Of a stretch of 39,365 bases of DNA, positions 20,211-30,258 are shown piece after piece. The translations under genes and the position numbers were made by a program. The notes under the pieces were generated by a model. The model was not told where the DNA came from and did not search any database. It worked only from the letters and a program-made list of their open reading frames with translations. The first letter of the stretch is position 1, and each line of letters begins with the position of its first letter. The stretch is from Candidatus Iainarchaeum sp. (lineage in GTDB: Archaea > Iainarchaeota > Iainarchaeia > Iainarchaeales > JAZDDZ01), in NCBI GenBank assembly GCA_043809245.1, contig JAZDDZ010000022.1, forward strand, positions 1-39,365. Direction: 5' to 3'.

Positions 20211-20645
20211 TTATTTAAGTATTTTTGCAATAATTATTCCGGATAAAAGGTAAACTATGAAGCCGCTCACAGCCCACGCGGAAAGCAGTTCAGTGGGAAT
20301 GTTCAACAGCAAGTACATTGAAAAAGTGCTTGGAAGACCTGCCACAAGGAAAAGAATCAATCCATAGTTGAGCCCCTTCATTGTTTCGTTGTGGCCAGGA
20401 ATCCCCGCTTTAATCGAATTGAATACGAACGCGTAAAGCAATCCCCCGATGAACGCGAAAAAAATTGAGAGAACAAAAAACTCCGTTCCAGGCGCGCCTT
20501 GCCCTGGCATCATTACCTTGCTCCAAAGCGCAAATAATTCAGGCATCAGATAATAGCTCATTGTTAGGATTGATTCAATTGAATGGATTACAAAAGAAAT
20601 AACCGCTACGGCAACTGCAGCCAAAACCATTTTTCCCGAAATCAT
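20211..20645 (-). CDS. 4-TM membrane protein
   Basis: Four hydrophobic helices; GGAGTGA RBS. Confidence 0.75.
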   Translation of the reverse strand: MISGKMVLAAVAVAVISFVIHSIESILTMSYYLMPELFALWSKVMMPGQGAPGTEFFVLSIFFAFIGGLLYAFVFNSIKAGIPGHNETMKGLNYGLILFLVAGLPSTFSMYLLLNIPTELLSAWAVSGFIVYLLSGIIIAKILK

Positions 20646-20749
20646 TCAAGCTCACTCCCACTGGGTTTCTGCAACTAATTGGACTAAAGTGTTTTTAATT
20701 GCTTTGGGTGAGTAAAAGTTTAACTGCAAAGCAAAAACAGGCGTGAAAA

Positions 20750-21394
20750 ATGGAAGAAAAAAAAGAGGAATTGCAAAAGGAAAAAAAGGAAGTGGCTAAA
20801 ACGCCTGAGCCTGCACCCGCAAAAGAAAAGGAAAAAACTCCGGCGGAAAGCACGCAGGAGCAAATTGAATTGCTTGCCAAGCTATCCAAAATCAGCCTAT
20901 GGCTTGACGACTATAACGACATTTTCTCGGACTTTGACCCAAGGTCTTACTCGGAAAGGGCAATGTCAGAGGACTTCCTTAACGAGGCAAAAAGGAGAAT
21001 TAAAGAAAATCCTTCCGGGATTACAGAGCTTAGTTTTCTTGTTCCCGCAGGCAAAAGGGACCAAAAAGCCGAGGAAATAATAAAAAAGAGGCTCAGGGCG
21101 CACTTTAAACTGCAGTTTTCACGGTTAAAAAAAGAGTCATTCAATTCAACAAAAAAAGGGTTATTACTGGTTTTTTTGGGAATAATAACCATGTTCATCG
21201 CCACATATGTTCTCCTGCAAATTAAGGCAGATGACCTCTGGTCAAATTTTCTAGTAATCCTATTAGAGCCCGCGGGCTGGTTTCTTTTCTGGGAAGGCCT
21301 TGGCATAGCCTTTTTCAGGCAGAAAAAAGAAAGCGAAGACCTTGAATTCAACAGAAAAATGGCAAAATGCAAGGTATCGTTTGCGGAGTACTGA
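20750..21394 (+). CDS. Hypothetical membrane protein (2 C-terminal TM)
   Basis: LDDYNDIFSDFDPR, two TMs ending GWFLFWEG. Confidence 0.75.
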   Translation: MEEKKEELQKEKKEVAKTPEPAPAKEKEKTPAESTQEQIELLAKLSKISLWLDDYNDIFSDFDPRSYSERAMSEDFLNEAKRRIKENPSGITELSFLVPAGKRDQKAEEIIKKRLRAHFKLQFSRLKKESFNSTKKGLLLVFLGIITMFIATYVLLQIKADDLWSNFLVILLEPAGWFLFWEGLGIAFFRQKKESEDLEFNRKMAKCKVSFAEY

Positions 21395-21426
21395 AAAAAG
21401 CGCGGGGATACAAAGGCTATTTTTCA

Positions 21427-24111
21427 TTATGGCCAGTTTCCTGTGTTGAATGTTTTGCATGTTGTTGTTACATACCCGCTCGCACCACCAAGATAATATG
21501 CTTTCAGGCAAATGTTTAGATCCACGTTTTGCGTTGTAGGGTAGTTGTAGTTTATTAAATTGCTGATCTGGATTCCATTGTTGAACCACAAATAACCTGT
21601 AAGAGTTGCACCCTGAACCGGTTGAGTTGTATTCGTTAGAATTACTCTGCTGTTTGCTTTATCAATGGAATAATTGAAATCAGATTGCGGATTGGTTCCG
21701 GTGCTCCATACACCAGTATTGAACGCCCGGCACGCCATAGTCACGTATCCGCTTGCGCCCCCCATATAGTATGTTCTAAGGCAAATGTTCAAATCCTGGT
21801 TTTGGGTTATTGGATATGAATAGTCAACAGAATTGCTGATTTGCATTCCGTTATTAAACCACAAGTAGCCCGTAATTGTTGCACCCTGAACAGGCTGAGT
21901 AACATTCTTCAAAACTGCAATGCCATTCACCTTATCAATAGTGTAATTAAAGTCAGACTGCGGATTGACCCCCGCGCCCCAGACCCCTGTATTGAACGCT
22001 TTACACGTTATTGTCACATACCCACTTGCCCCGCCAGCGTAGTATGTTTTTAGGCAGATATTCAAGTCCACGTTCTGTGTTGTGGGATAATTATAATTTA
22101 TCAAATTACTAATCTGCATTCCATTGTTAAACCACAAATAACCCACAATGGTTGCGCCTGGAACCGGCTGAGTAGTATTCTTTAGAGCCACCCAGCTATT
22201 TACTTTGTCGATAGAGTAATTAAAGTCAGACAGCGGATTGGTTTTTTGGGCCGCCACAACGTTTACGGTTCTTGTTGCGTGGGCTGAGTTATTTGCAGAA
22301 TCATTAACATCATAACTTACAGCATACTCGCCAACCACTGCAGTGTTTACCTGGTTAGTTACAACAATATTTGCAGTTATATCCCCGTCAACGTTATCGG
22401 CTGCTGTTGCGCCAGCATCAACATAGGTTGTGCCTTGCGCGACGCTTGAGGGATTTGGCCCAAGCACAGTTATCACCGGCGGGATGATGTCCTGTGTGTT
22501 TGTGTCAGTTACGTTTACTGTTCTTGTAACTTGTATTGCGGGGTTTCCGCTTGAATCGTTTACATCGTATGTTACGGTGTAAAACCCAAGAACATTTGTA
22601 TTAACGGAATTAACCGTAAGAATAAACGCAGTCAAATCCCCGTCAATGTCATCCAATGCTGTTGCCCCCGCGTCAACATAAACTGAAAAAACCTCAACGT
22701 TAACATCCTGCCCAATCAATGTTATCACTGGGGGCGTGGTGTCTGCCGTGTTTGTGTCAATTACGTTTAAATCAAATGCTAACACCAGCGGGTTTTCGTT
22801 GTTGTCGGCATTGTCCTGTGAAAAATAGGCAATGGTGTGGCTTCCCGGTGAAAAATTTAGATTAAATTCCAGGGGCGGGGTTTCGTTTTGTTGTGCGCCA
22901 CCGTCTATTGAGTAAAATGTTTTCTTGCAACCCGAAGTCGCATCAGCGCAGGCAATTCGCACTCTTTTGCTTAATTGATTCAAATCAGTTAATTCAATGG
23001 AGCTGGTTGGAGGAGTGGCGTCTATTGCGTAATAAGCTGTTTTTATGGGGCTGTTATTGCCTGCGGCGTCAATGCCGTAATACTCTATTTTGAAGTTTTG
23101 GTCGGAGTTTAACGGAATTGAAGGCCCTGCAGCCCAGTTTTTTCCAAAAGAATAAATTTTGTTAATGTCCGCAGGCGTTAAAATTCGGTTGTAAATCCTG
23201 AAATCATCGAGGTTCCCGTCAAAAAATTTATTCAAGTCAAAGTTCTCCTGGTTGCCAATGTGAACATATTTGTTGGGGTTATTGGGGTTGGGTGCGCTGC
23301 GGGGCATTCCGCCCCCCGGCTGGTTTATTGGGCCGCTTGGCTTTCCGTCAACATAAAAATTGGCTATTCCGTTTGAGTCGCGTGTCAGGCAAACGTGCTG
23401 CCAGGTATTAAGCTTTATCTCTGAAGCGCTTCCAGAAGGGTACTTTGCCCCTGGATCGTCATTGGTTTCATTTAATTTATATGTATCAGGCATTTCGCCA
23501 AATGTCACAAAAAAAATAGTGACTCCGTTTGAAATCAACCTTCCAGTCATTCCGTTTAACAAGGATGACAAGTCAGTTTTATGGCCAGGGTTTCTGTTTG
23601 GCTGGATGTTTCCCAGGGACATCCAAGTACATATGCTGATGTCTCCAATTCCAATAATATTATTGTCAAGATCAGAGCCAAGTTTCACATCAGCCCCAAT
23701 ATGGTCAGTGTCCCTTGGGTCGTCCCCTGACTCAAACAGCATTGCATTGCCATAGTATCCCTGAACAAAAGTGGCGTATCTCGTTGTACCGTTGGCAGTG
23801 CCAACGCTGTCCTTTACTATCCACCCGTTAATAAGGTCGTCAAAAGTCCATAAATGTGCTAAGCCGCTAACGCCGTCATAAAGGTAACTGTTGTTGTCGG
23901 GAGTGCCAATGTTAAATTTGGTTGACGTGCAAGGCGAACCATTTTCATCAACACAATTGAGGGAAAGGGTTGTGTAGGCGTTATGCCAGCCAGGGGTAAG
24001 GGAATCTCCATTGGAGTCCAAAATCGTAGTTATTGGGAGAGTAACAGCGAATGCTTGCCCTGAGAAAATCAGCAGGCAAAGCGCTAAAATCAAACGCGTA
24101 AACGCAGCCAT
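21427..24111 (-). CDS. Secreted surface protein: LamG-like domain, two DUF5011/Ig-like repeats, three C-terminal Ig/PKD-like repeats
   Basis: Signal peptide (AFA); WQHVCLT..FYVDG..FDGNLDDFRIYNR; D.(T/I)PPVIT..G..YVDAGATA.D..DGD x2. Confidence 0.85.
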   Translation of the reverse strand: MAAFTRLILALCLLIFSGQAFAVTLPITTILDSNGDSLTPGWHNAYTTLSLNCVDENGSPCTSTKFNIGTPDNNSYLYDGVSGLAHLWTFDDLINGWIVKDSVGTANGTTRYATFVQGYYGNAMLFESGDDPRDTDHIGADVKLGSDLDNNIIGIGDISICTWMSLGNIQPNRNPGHKTDLSSLLNGMTGRLISNGVTIFFVTFGEMPDTYKLNETNDDPGAKYPSGSASEIKLNTWQHVCLTRDSNGIANFYVDGKPSGPINQPGGGMPRSAPNPNNPNKYVHIGNQENFDLNKFFDGNLDDFRIYNRILTPADINKIYSFGKNWAAGPSIPLNSDQNFKIEYYGIDAAGNNSPIKTAYYAIDATPPTSSIELTDLNQLSKRVRIACADATSGCKKTFYSIDGGAQQNETPPLEFNLNFSPGSHTIAYFSQDNADNNENPLVLAFDLNVIDTNTADTTPPVITLIGQDVNVEVFSVYVDAGATALDDIDGDLTAFILTVNSVNTNVLGFYTVTYDVNDSSGNPAIQVTRTVNVTDTNTQDIIPPVITVLGPNPSSVAQGTTYVDAGATAADNVDGDITANIVVTNQVNTAVVGEYAVSYDVNDSANNSAHATRTVNVVAAQKTNPLSDFNYSIDKVNSWVALKNTTQPVPGATIVGYLWFNNGMQISNLINYNYPTTQNVDLNICLKTYYAGGASGYVTITCKAFNTGVWGAGVNPQSDFNYTIDKVNGIAVLKNVTQPVQGATITGYLWFNNGMQISNSVDYSYPITQNQDLNICLRTYYMGGASGYVTMACRAFNTGVWSTGTNPQSDFNYSIDKANSRVILTNTTQPVQGATLTGYLWFNNGIQISNLINYNYPTTQNVDLNICLKAYYLGGASGYVTTTCKTFNTGNWP
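21430..22239 (-). repeat. Three tandem intragenic repeats, period 273 bp (91 aa)
   Basis: NP.SDFNY units start at 22239, 21966 and 21693; near-identical protein with many synonymous differences. Confidence 0.9.
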
Positions 24112-24210
24112 TAAACCACACTCAATTCCGGTTTTAGTAAGAAAAGAAGCTTCACTTTAACCATTACTGTTTCAAAGGGTATAAATAATCAAATAACCCC
24201 TATAATAGCA

Positions 24211-24771
24211 ATGAAATGGGGTTTTTTTTGGCTTTTAATCGCATTATTTGCGTTTTCCATTTTTCTTTTTGGCTGCACTAAACCGCAAAATAACCCTGCA
24301 CAAACAACAGATTCAAATGCGGTTCATGCAGGTAAATGCATTTCCGATGGGGACTGCGAATCTGGATACTGTGATTTGGATGCAAATGCCTGCCATAGCC
24401 TTGCAGAAGCCAATACTATTTTTTTGGAAAAGTCATTGGATTGCACGCAGGGCACATACCATGTAGGGGTTGATGAAATATTGTCAACCGAGGCATGGGA
24501 TTGGGAAACAAACCCTGTAAAAACAACGGCAACCATACTTGGCCGAAGAATTGACGGTGTTTGCGTCACAATGTACTATGCTGTTGAAACAATGCCTGGC
24601 AATCCCGCGGGAAACTTTGACGTAAACCTGCTTTGCAATAAATACACTGGAAATAATGTACTTGATTGTGAAGTTGACCAAGGGACAACATTGAATGCCG
24701 AAAATATTTATTCAATTTTAAATTCCACAACAATCCGCAACAAAAAGTTATTCGGCGAAAAAGCCATTTAA
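24211..24771 (+). CDS. Cys-rich lipoprotein
   Basis: Signal ending FLFGC; C..DGDC.SG.C knot-like motif. Confidence 0.75.
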   Translation: MKWGFFWLLIALFAFSIFLFGCTKPQNNPAQTTDSNAVHAGKCISDGDCESGYCDLDANACHSLAEANTIFLEKSLDCTQGTYHVGVDEILSTEAWDWETNPVKTTATILGRRIDGVCVTMYYAVETMPGNPAGNFDVNLLCNKYTGNNVLDCEVDQGTTLNAENIYSILNSTTIRNKKLFGEKAI

Positions 24772-24807
24772 CGGTTTTGCAATAAAAAATTTAAAACAAC
24801 CGAGCCA

Positions 24808-26094
24808 TTACCTTTTTCTTTTCACTGCAAAGATTATTGCAATGGCCGCGAACAGCACAAGCAATCCCGCAATCAGCCCTGTTTGCTGCGCGGCGAAACC
24901 GAATAAACCAGTCGGGCCCGGCAAACCATTTGCCATGCCATTCAGGCCTGGTTCGGTAAAAATAATGCCGCCCTCTTCATCAGCGGTTTTTGGTTTATTG
25001 CCTTCGCTTCCCGAATTGCTTTCTGAATTATTGCTTTCTGAATTGTTATTGCCCCCTACTCCTTCTTGCGCGCCATTAGGCTCTTCTTCGCCGGCGCCCC
25101 CGGAATACTGGGAATTCACCGCCGGTGCAGCGAGTTCTGCGAGCCGAATACCATTATCTTTCTTGTCTTTATCGTCCTTTTCTTCTTTCCAGCAGCTGGG
25201 CAAATCATTCACGTTAACCGTAAAGCGAAGCGTGTCACCAATCCATTTCGTGCCTTCCCAAAAGTCAGCGTGCACAAAGTAATCGCCGGTTTGATCAAGC
25301 TTCACTTTTTTTTCAAAGTTCCCGTCAGCGTCACTGTGGACCCTGAAATTATCAAACTTATTTGAGTCCTCAAAAATATACACCCAATTCTTCGCAGGGG
25401 GAATTCCACTCGGAGACGAAATCGACCCGTATAATACTATTTTATCGCAATTTTCAATGCACGGGTGCACATCCGTGTTTTCATCGGTGTAAGCCTCTTT
25501 GACGCACAAATTCAGGGTATAATTCTCGTCTCGCGCGCCAATCGTGAACAGGTTTTTATTGGAGTCAATCACTGCGCCTTTGACCAGCAAATCGCCCCTA
25601 TAAGTTCCCACGTTAAGCACTGGCCCGACATTAAAATCGCAGACATTAAAAGTCACGCCGTCATTTTCATCGCCATACCCGTAACCATATCCGTAGCCAT
25701 ACCCGTAACCGTAACCATAGCCATACCCGTAATGCGTACTGTTGGTGACACGGCATCCAATTAAACTAACGCCAACAGGATTGCCTTTTTTGTCAAACAC
25801 ATTCAAGTTAGCATCCTGAACTGGCCCAGTGTGGCTGGTAATATTCACGGTAACCTTGACAAAGTCCCCAACCGTGTGAGTGGGGCTGTCAACAAACCAG
25901 CCTGTCACAATACAAGCCGCGGCAGGGCCTGCTAAAATAATGAGCCCAATTAAAGCGGAAGCAATGGCGAGAGAAAAAAATTTGTTATGCGCATTTTCAC
26001 CGGCGCCAAAACCATTGGCAAAATTAACCAATCCATTTGCATTTGAAGGCGAACGAGCCGAATCCCTAGCCGTAGAATAAGCAAATTTCTTCAT
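24808..26094 (-). CDS. Membrane-anchored surface protein with (YG)10 tract
   Basis: N-terminal hydrophobic segment, Ig-like beta regions, low-complexity linker, PTGLF + C-terminal TM + KRKR. Confidence 0.8.
   Translation of the reverse strand: MKKFAYSTARDSARSPSNANGLVNFANGFGAGENAHNKFFSLAIASALIGLIILAGPAAACIVTGWFVDSPTHTVGDFVKVTVNITSHTGPVQDANLNVFDKKGNPVGVSLIGCRVTNSTHYGYGYGYGYGYGYGYGYGYGDENDGVTFNVCDFNVGPVLNVGTYRGDLLVKGAVIDSNKNLFTIGARDENYTLNLCVKEAYTDENTDVHPCIENCDKIVLYGSISSPSGIPPAKNWVYIFEDSNKFDNFRVHSDADGNFEKKVKLDQTGDYFVHADFWEGTKWIGDTLRFTVNVNDLPSCWKEEKDDKDKKDNGIRLAELAAPAVNSQYSGGAGEEEPNGAQEGVGGNNNSESNNSESNSGSEGNKPKTADEEGGIIFTEPGLNGMANGLPGPTGLFGFAAQQTGLIAGLLVLFAAIAIIFAVKRKR
25672..25731 (-). repeat. 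(Tyr-Gly)10 dipeptide repeat
   Basis: 20 alternating Y/G codons with mixed synonymous codons. Confidence 0.95.
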
Positions 26095-26243
26095 ATTAGC
26101 GCTATAATATATGCCTCCCACTTGTATAAAAGGGTATTTATTCTATATTCCGAATAAAAAAACTTAAACCTCGCCCCTCTCAAAACGCCAAAATAAAGAA
26201 AAAACAGCAAAAAACACTAAAAAGCCGGTTTTAAGGGGAATGG

Positions 26244-26564
26244 TTAACTAAACCGGGAGAGCCCGTTTTTTGAAAAAAAAACCCTTTTTTCCCTGGCAAA
26301 CCAAATCGCGGCTGAAGTTAACATTATTCCAAGAATAACAATTGACACTGTAATGAAGTTAATCGGCACATTTAACAAAAAGTTGAAATAAAAAACCAGC
26401 AGGGGGGTGATTGCAATGCTTAAGGCAAAACTTAACGCGATTCGTTCAATCCAGTCAATCTCATCCTTTTTTGGAAAAATTGCCCACGTAACCGCAAGCC
26501 CAGGCAAGAACAGCACAAAAATTGCCGACACAATCAAGCCAATTATTTCAATCAAGCCAACCAC
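26244..26564 (-). CDS. DUF1616-like membrane protein
   Basis: FVLFLPG...FP...IDWIERIALSFALSIA. Confidence 0.8.
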   Translation of the reverse strand: MVGLIEIIGLIVSAIFVLFLPGLAVTWAIFPKKDEIDWIERIALSFALSIAITPLLVFYFNFLLNVPINFITVSIVILGIMLTSAAIWFAREKRVFFSKNGLSRFS

Positions 26565-27138
26565 CGCTTAAGCCTTGTTCGCAGTCATTCTCCGATAAAA
26601 GCAAGTATGAAAGAATTATTATTAATAACGCAGCCACCACGGAAATGAATAATCCAAGCAACCCTAATGTCGTGGTTTTAATGAAAACCAAAAAACCCCC
26701 CGCAATTCCCGCCCCGATTACCATGATTAAATCTTTTCCCGTGATTTCTTCTTTTTGCTGCCTTGTTTCATCGCCGCTTGAAATAAGAACCGAGATTATT
26801 CCAAAAAATAATGCCATTACAAGCACATAATTGATGTTGATTATTGCGTCAACCGGGTAAAACTCGTTCACCAGCAATAAAACCAAAAAACCCGCCAGAA
26901 CAAACTGGAATATTTGGTTAAACAGGCGCGTTACTTCCTCCTCTTTCCAATTGGCGTTTGCGTACCTGAACAAATAAAAAGCAAAACCGAACAAAATAGC
27001 CAAAATAATTGATATTTGGCTGAAAAAAGGCTCAACATATGCCTGCAATACAATTGACTGAAAGTTAAAGTAAACTGCCGAAAGAATGCCGATGATTAAG
27101 CCAATCAAGAACAGGTAATTTTGCTTGAACAAATCCAT
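26548..27138 (-). CDS. Multi-pass membrane protein
   Basis: ~6 TM; closely packed with neighbouring genes. Confidence 0.7.
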   Translation of the reverse strand: MDLFKQNYLFLIGLIIGILSAVYFNFQSIVLQAYVEPFFSQISIILAILFGFAFYLFRYANANWKEEEVTRLFNQIFQFVLAGFLVLLLVNEFYPVDAIININYVLVMALFFGIISVLISSGDETRQQKEEITGKDLIMVIGAGIAGGFLVFIKTTTLGLLGLFISVVAALLIIILSYLLLSENDCEQGLSGGWLD

Positions 27139-27139
27139 G

Positions 27140-28729
27140 TCAACCACAAACAAATTTGTATAACGCATCCTTTTCGTTTAAGGGTGTTTTTTCAAAACAA
27201 TTATTTTCAAATTTTTGGTTATTGCCAAAGGATTTACTGCTGATAAACACATAAATAGGTTTGCCGTACTCGGAAAGCATTTGATTGAAGGTATTTTCAT
27301 CGGAAGTGCCCCAAAACCGCTCCCACTTTTCCTTATTCCACTTGTCTTCGTCAAACAAGCCCGGTGCAATGATTGTCCTGCCCGCATAACCCTTTAACCA
27401 AGGAGAATAATAGCTGCTTGTGGTGAGAATCAAGGCATTGCTTTCCGTTACAGAGCCAATTAGTTTTATTGAATTCAGTTCACTTTCGCCAATCAATGGC
27501 TTTGCATTTAAGGCTTCACCTGCAATCAAAAACACACCGCTGACAACCAAGATTCCAATTATTGCGGCCTTGACCAATGCCTTGGCATTTGAACTGATGA
27601 ACAAAGAAATTCCATGCGCCGCCAAAAGCAAAACAAAAACCTCCAAGAAAATCAGAAAGCGATTATAGAAAATCAGCTGAAAAGCCGCAATAAACAGGCA
27701 AATAATTGCCCCAATCAACAACACCCGCCTTTCCTTTGATTCAAACAATTTTATTCCGCCAATCACGGCAAAAGGCAGGTAAATTAAAATTGAAAACTGG
27801 TATTGGAAAAAATCCATGAACGTTCCGGCCCCAGGGGATTCAATTGCGGGAACCAGCACGCCGAACAGCAGTTCGTCAAATTTTCCAAAATAAAACCCAA
27901 TGCAAATCAAGGCTATTGCAATGCCTGTCGCCAGGTTTTTTTTAATGTTTTTCAAATCAATCAAAAAGTTCAGCCCAAAAATAATCGTGAACACCAAAAA
28001 AGTCGGCCTGTGCACCCCAGCCAAAAAACCCGCCACAAGCGCGCAAGCCAAATGCTTTTTCTTGGAGTACAGGTATAGCGCGGTTAAAAGCAGGATTAAC
28101 CCGATAACGTTTTTTAAGTAAAAATACCAGAAAACCTTGAACTCAATTATGGATATTGCATAGAGAAATATTGCTATCGCGGCCTCTTTTTTTCCAAAAA
28201 AGTTTTTTGCCACAGCGTAAATCACCAAACCCAATAACAGCTCTGCAAAAATGAAAAATGAGGTAATTATTTGCTCAATTGTAAAGCCAAAAACGAAAAG
28301 AATATCCGTTAAAACAAAAAAGCCCTGCGGTTCCCAGTGCTTGAGCCACAAATCCAGCGCCTGGAAAGGAAGGTTAGGCAGGCCTGCAGCATAACTTTCA
28401 AACGCATACTTGTAAATGCCGGGGTCATAACCCAAAGGAATTGAGTTTGAAATGAAAGGCGCCAATCTGGTCGCTAAAATTATTGCAATTGAAGCAAACA
28501 GAATCAGGTGCAGGGTTTTCCCCTTGTTTTCTTTGGGCAAAAGCCCTTTTGACGCGAAGGGGGCGGGTTTGGCCTGCATTAATGAAATTGCCCCGATAAC
28601 CCCGACAACAACCCCGAATAACTCGAAATGCAGGACATATTTTTCCAACAAGCCAAAGGAAGCCAGCAAAATCAATGCAAAATAAATTATGGCAAGAATT
28701 GAGAATGTTTCCGAGAAATTGATTTTCAT
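27140..28729 (-). CDS. GT-C-like polytopic membrane glycosyltransferase
   Basis: RLAP...PLGYDPG.Y first-loop motif, ~12 TM, soluble C-terminal domain. Confidence 0.65.
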   Translation of the reverse strand: MKINFSETFSILAIIYFALILLASFGLLEKYVLHFELFGVVVGVIGAISLMQAKPAPFASKGLLPKENKGKTLHLILFASIAIILATRLAPFISNSIPLGYDPGIYKYAFESYAAGLPNLPFQALDLWLKHWEPQGFFVLTDILFVFGFTIEQIITSFFIFAELLLGLVIYAVAKNFFGKKEAAIAIFLYAISIIEFKVFWYFYLKNVIGLILLLTALYLYSKKKHLACALVAGFLAGVHRPTFLVFTIIFGLNFLIDLKNIKKNLATGIAIALICIGFYFGKFDELLFGVLVPAIESPGAGTFMDFFQYQFSILIYLPFAVIGGIKLFESKERRVLLIGAIICLFIAAFQLIFYNRFLIFLEVFVLLLAAHGISLFISSNAKALVKAAIIGILVVSGVFLIAGEALNAKPLIGESELNSIKLIGSVTESNALILTTSSYYSPWLKGYAGRTIIAPGLFDEDKWNKEKWERFWGTSDENTFNQMLSEYGKPIYVFISSKSFGNNQKFENNCFEKTPLNEKDALYKFVCG

Positions 28730-28734
28730 TTCAT

Positions 28735-30162
28735 TTACCCCTTTTTAGTGAAGCTCGCTATGTGGATTAACTCGTTGACGGTGATTTCTTTTAACAAGAT
28801 TAAAATTCCAAAATACAGCCCCACTAGCGCCGCGGCCTCCAAAATAAAGAGAATTCCGTTTAATTTAATGAAATAAGCCGTTGCCAACAGCGCCAACCCC
28901 GCAATAAATGTATTGGAAATGGATTTTTTTGGCAGGGAAAAATCTATTTTTTTCTTTGCATACAGATAGCAGATTATTGCGCCTATTGAAGACGAAACAA
29001 TTATGCCGAACGCAGGCCCGTCCAAGCCAAATATTGGAATAAAAGTGAAATTCAGCAGGAGTGCGATTAAGATAACGAAGATGCTTATCAGCATTGTTTG
29101 CTTTGGCTTGTTTGAAGCCAGTAAAATTGTTGCAAAAAGAGTGTAAAACGAGTAAACAAACAATGCAATCCCCAGAATTGAAAGTGCTTCCGCTCCAGCC
29201 AGGTATTTGCTTCCAAAGAAAAGATTCATTAGCTGTTCAGGCAAGGCAAACAACACTATTGCCCCCGGAACCAGGAAAATCAGCATGTATTTTATTATTT
29301 TTTGAACATGCATTTTTGTTTCCTCTTTAAGCAAATTATGCGTTGAATGGGATACAACCGGGAATAACACTCCAGTCAATGCCCCTGTAAAAAAAACCAG
29401 CACCCTCGCTATCTGGTAGGCCGCATTATAGTATCCCGCGGAATCAGCCGGCATAATCGCTTTAACCGACAACAAACTGGATTCAATGGTGAAACTCAAG
29501 GCCATTGAGAAAATAATTGCGGGAACCCCGAATTTCACCAAGTCCATTGCTTTAAACTTTTTATTGGTTTTATGCCAACCGGTTAATAAAAATCCGCTAA
29601 TTAAGCCCAGAATTGGCGCCAAGGCAAACCCAAGCATTGCGCCTCCAACCGAAAAACCGGCTAAAGCCAAACCGACTATCAAGATGAATTTTGCAATATT
29701 GTAAATGATTTGAATTATTGACTGTTTGCCGTATTCCCTTGTTCCATTAAAATAACTGGTGAAAACAGAGAACAACGCGTAACCCGGAAGCATTAAGGCG
29801 CTGATTTGAATCAAGGGCGTTAAGCTTGCGTCATTTAACAGTAAAGCAATAAAACCCGCTGACAAAAAGTAAATTACCCCAACAACTGTTGATAAAACCA
29901 ATTGAATCAATAACGCTTTTTGCTTAACCGCTTCAGCGCGTTCCTTGTCTTCCGCAACAAACTTGCTGACCGCCTGCCCAATGCCGCTAATGCAAATAAG
30001 GCTGATTAAGCTGACAACCGATACAACAACCCCGTAATTGCCGTACAAGGCTGGGCCCAACAGCCTTCCTAAAAAGATTTGAACAGCATAACCCGCGCCG
30101 ACAAAAACCGCTTGCGCGACCAGCAAATACACGGAACCCTTAAGCAGGGAAGGCGCTTCCAT
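28735..30162 (-). CDS. Oligosaccharide flippase (Wzx/MOP family)
   Basis: RLLGPALYG, SKFVAE, AGYYNAA, LFPVVS, LFFGSKY; ~14 TM. Confidence 0.9.
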   Translation of the reverse strand: MEAPSLLKGSVYLLVAQAVFVGAGYAVQIFLGRLLGPALYGNYGVVVSVVSLISLICISGIGQAVSKFVAEDKERAEAVKQKALLIQLVLSTVVGVIYFLSAGFIALLLNDASLTPLIQISALMLPGYALFSVFTSYFNGTREYGKQSIIQIIYNIAKFILIVGLALAGFSVGGAMLGFALAPILGLISGFLLTGWHKTNKKFKAMDLVKFGVPAIIFSMALSFTIESSLLSVKAIMPADSAGYYNAAYQIARVLVFFTGALTGVLFPVVSHSTHNLLKEETKMHVQKIIKYMLIFLVPGAIVLFALPEQLMNLFFGSKYLAGAEALSILGIALFVYSFYTLFATILLASNKPKQTMLISIFVILIALLLNFTFIPIFGLDGPAFGIIVSSSIGAIICYLYAKKKIDFSLPKKSISNTFIAGLALLATAYFIKLNGILFILEAAALVGLYFGILILLKEITVNELIHIASFTKKG

Positions 30163-30258
30163 ACACAATTAATGCCTGAATTTTATTTATAATAATGCCC
30201 TTTGATTAAAAACACCTAAAAGATTAATTATTTATTAGCTCTTCTGGGCTATAATACT

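Noticed and set aside
21394-21410. AAAAAAGCGCGGGGA as an att copy of the tRNA-Ser 3' end
   Set aside because: Only ~8 matching GC bases; no integrase; lies between convergent genes like a terminator
21430-22239. Repeats as DGR template/variable regions or a CRISPR array
   Set aside because: In-frame coding repeats with mostly synonymous, not adenine-specific, differences; no reverse transcriptase, cas genes or spacer pattern in the window
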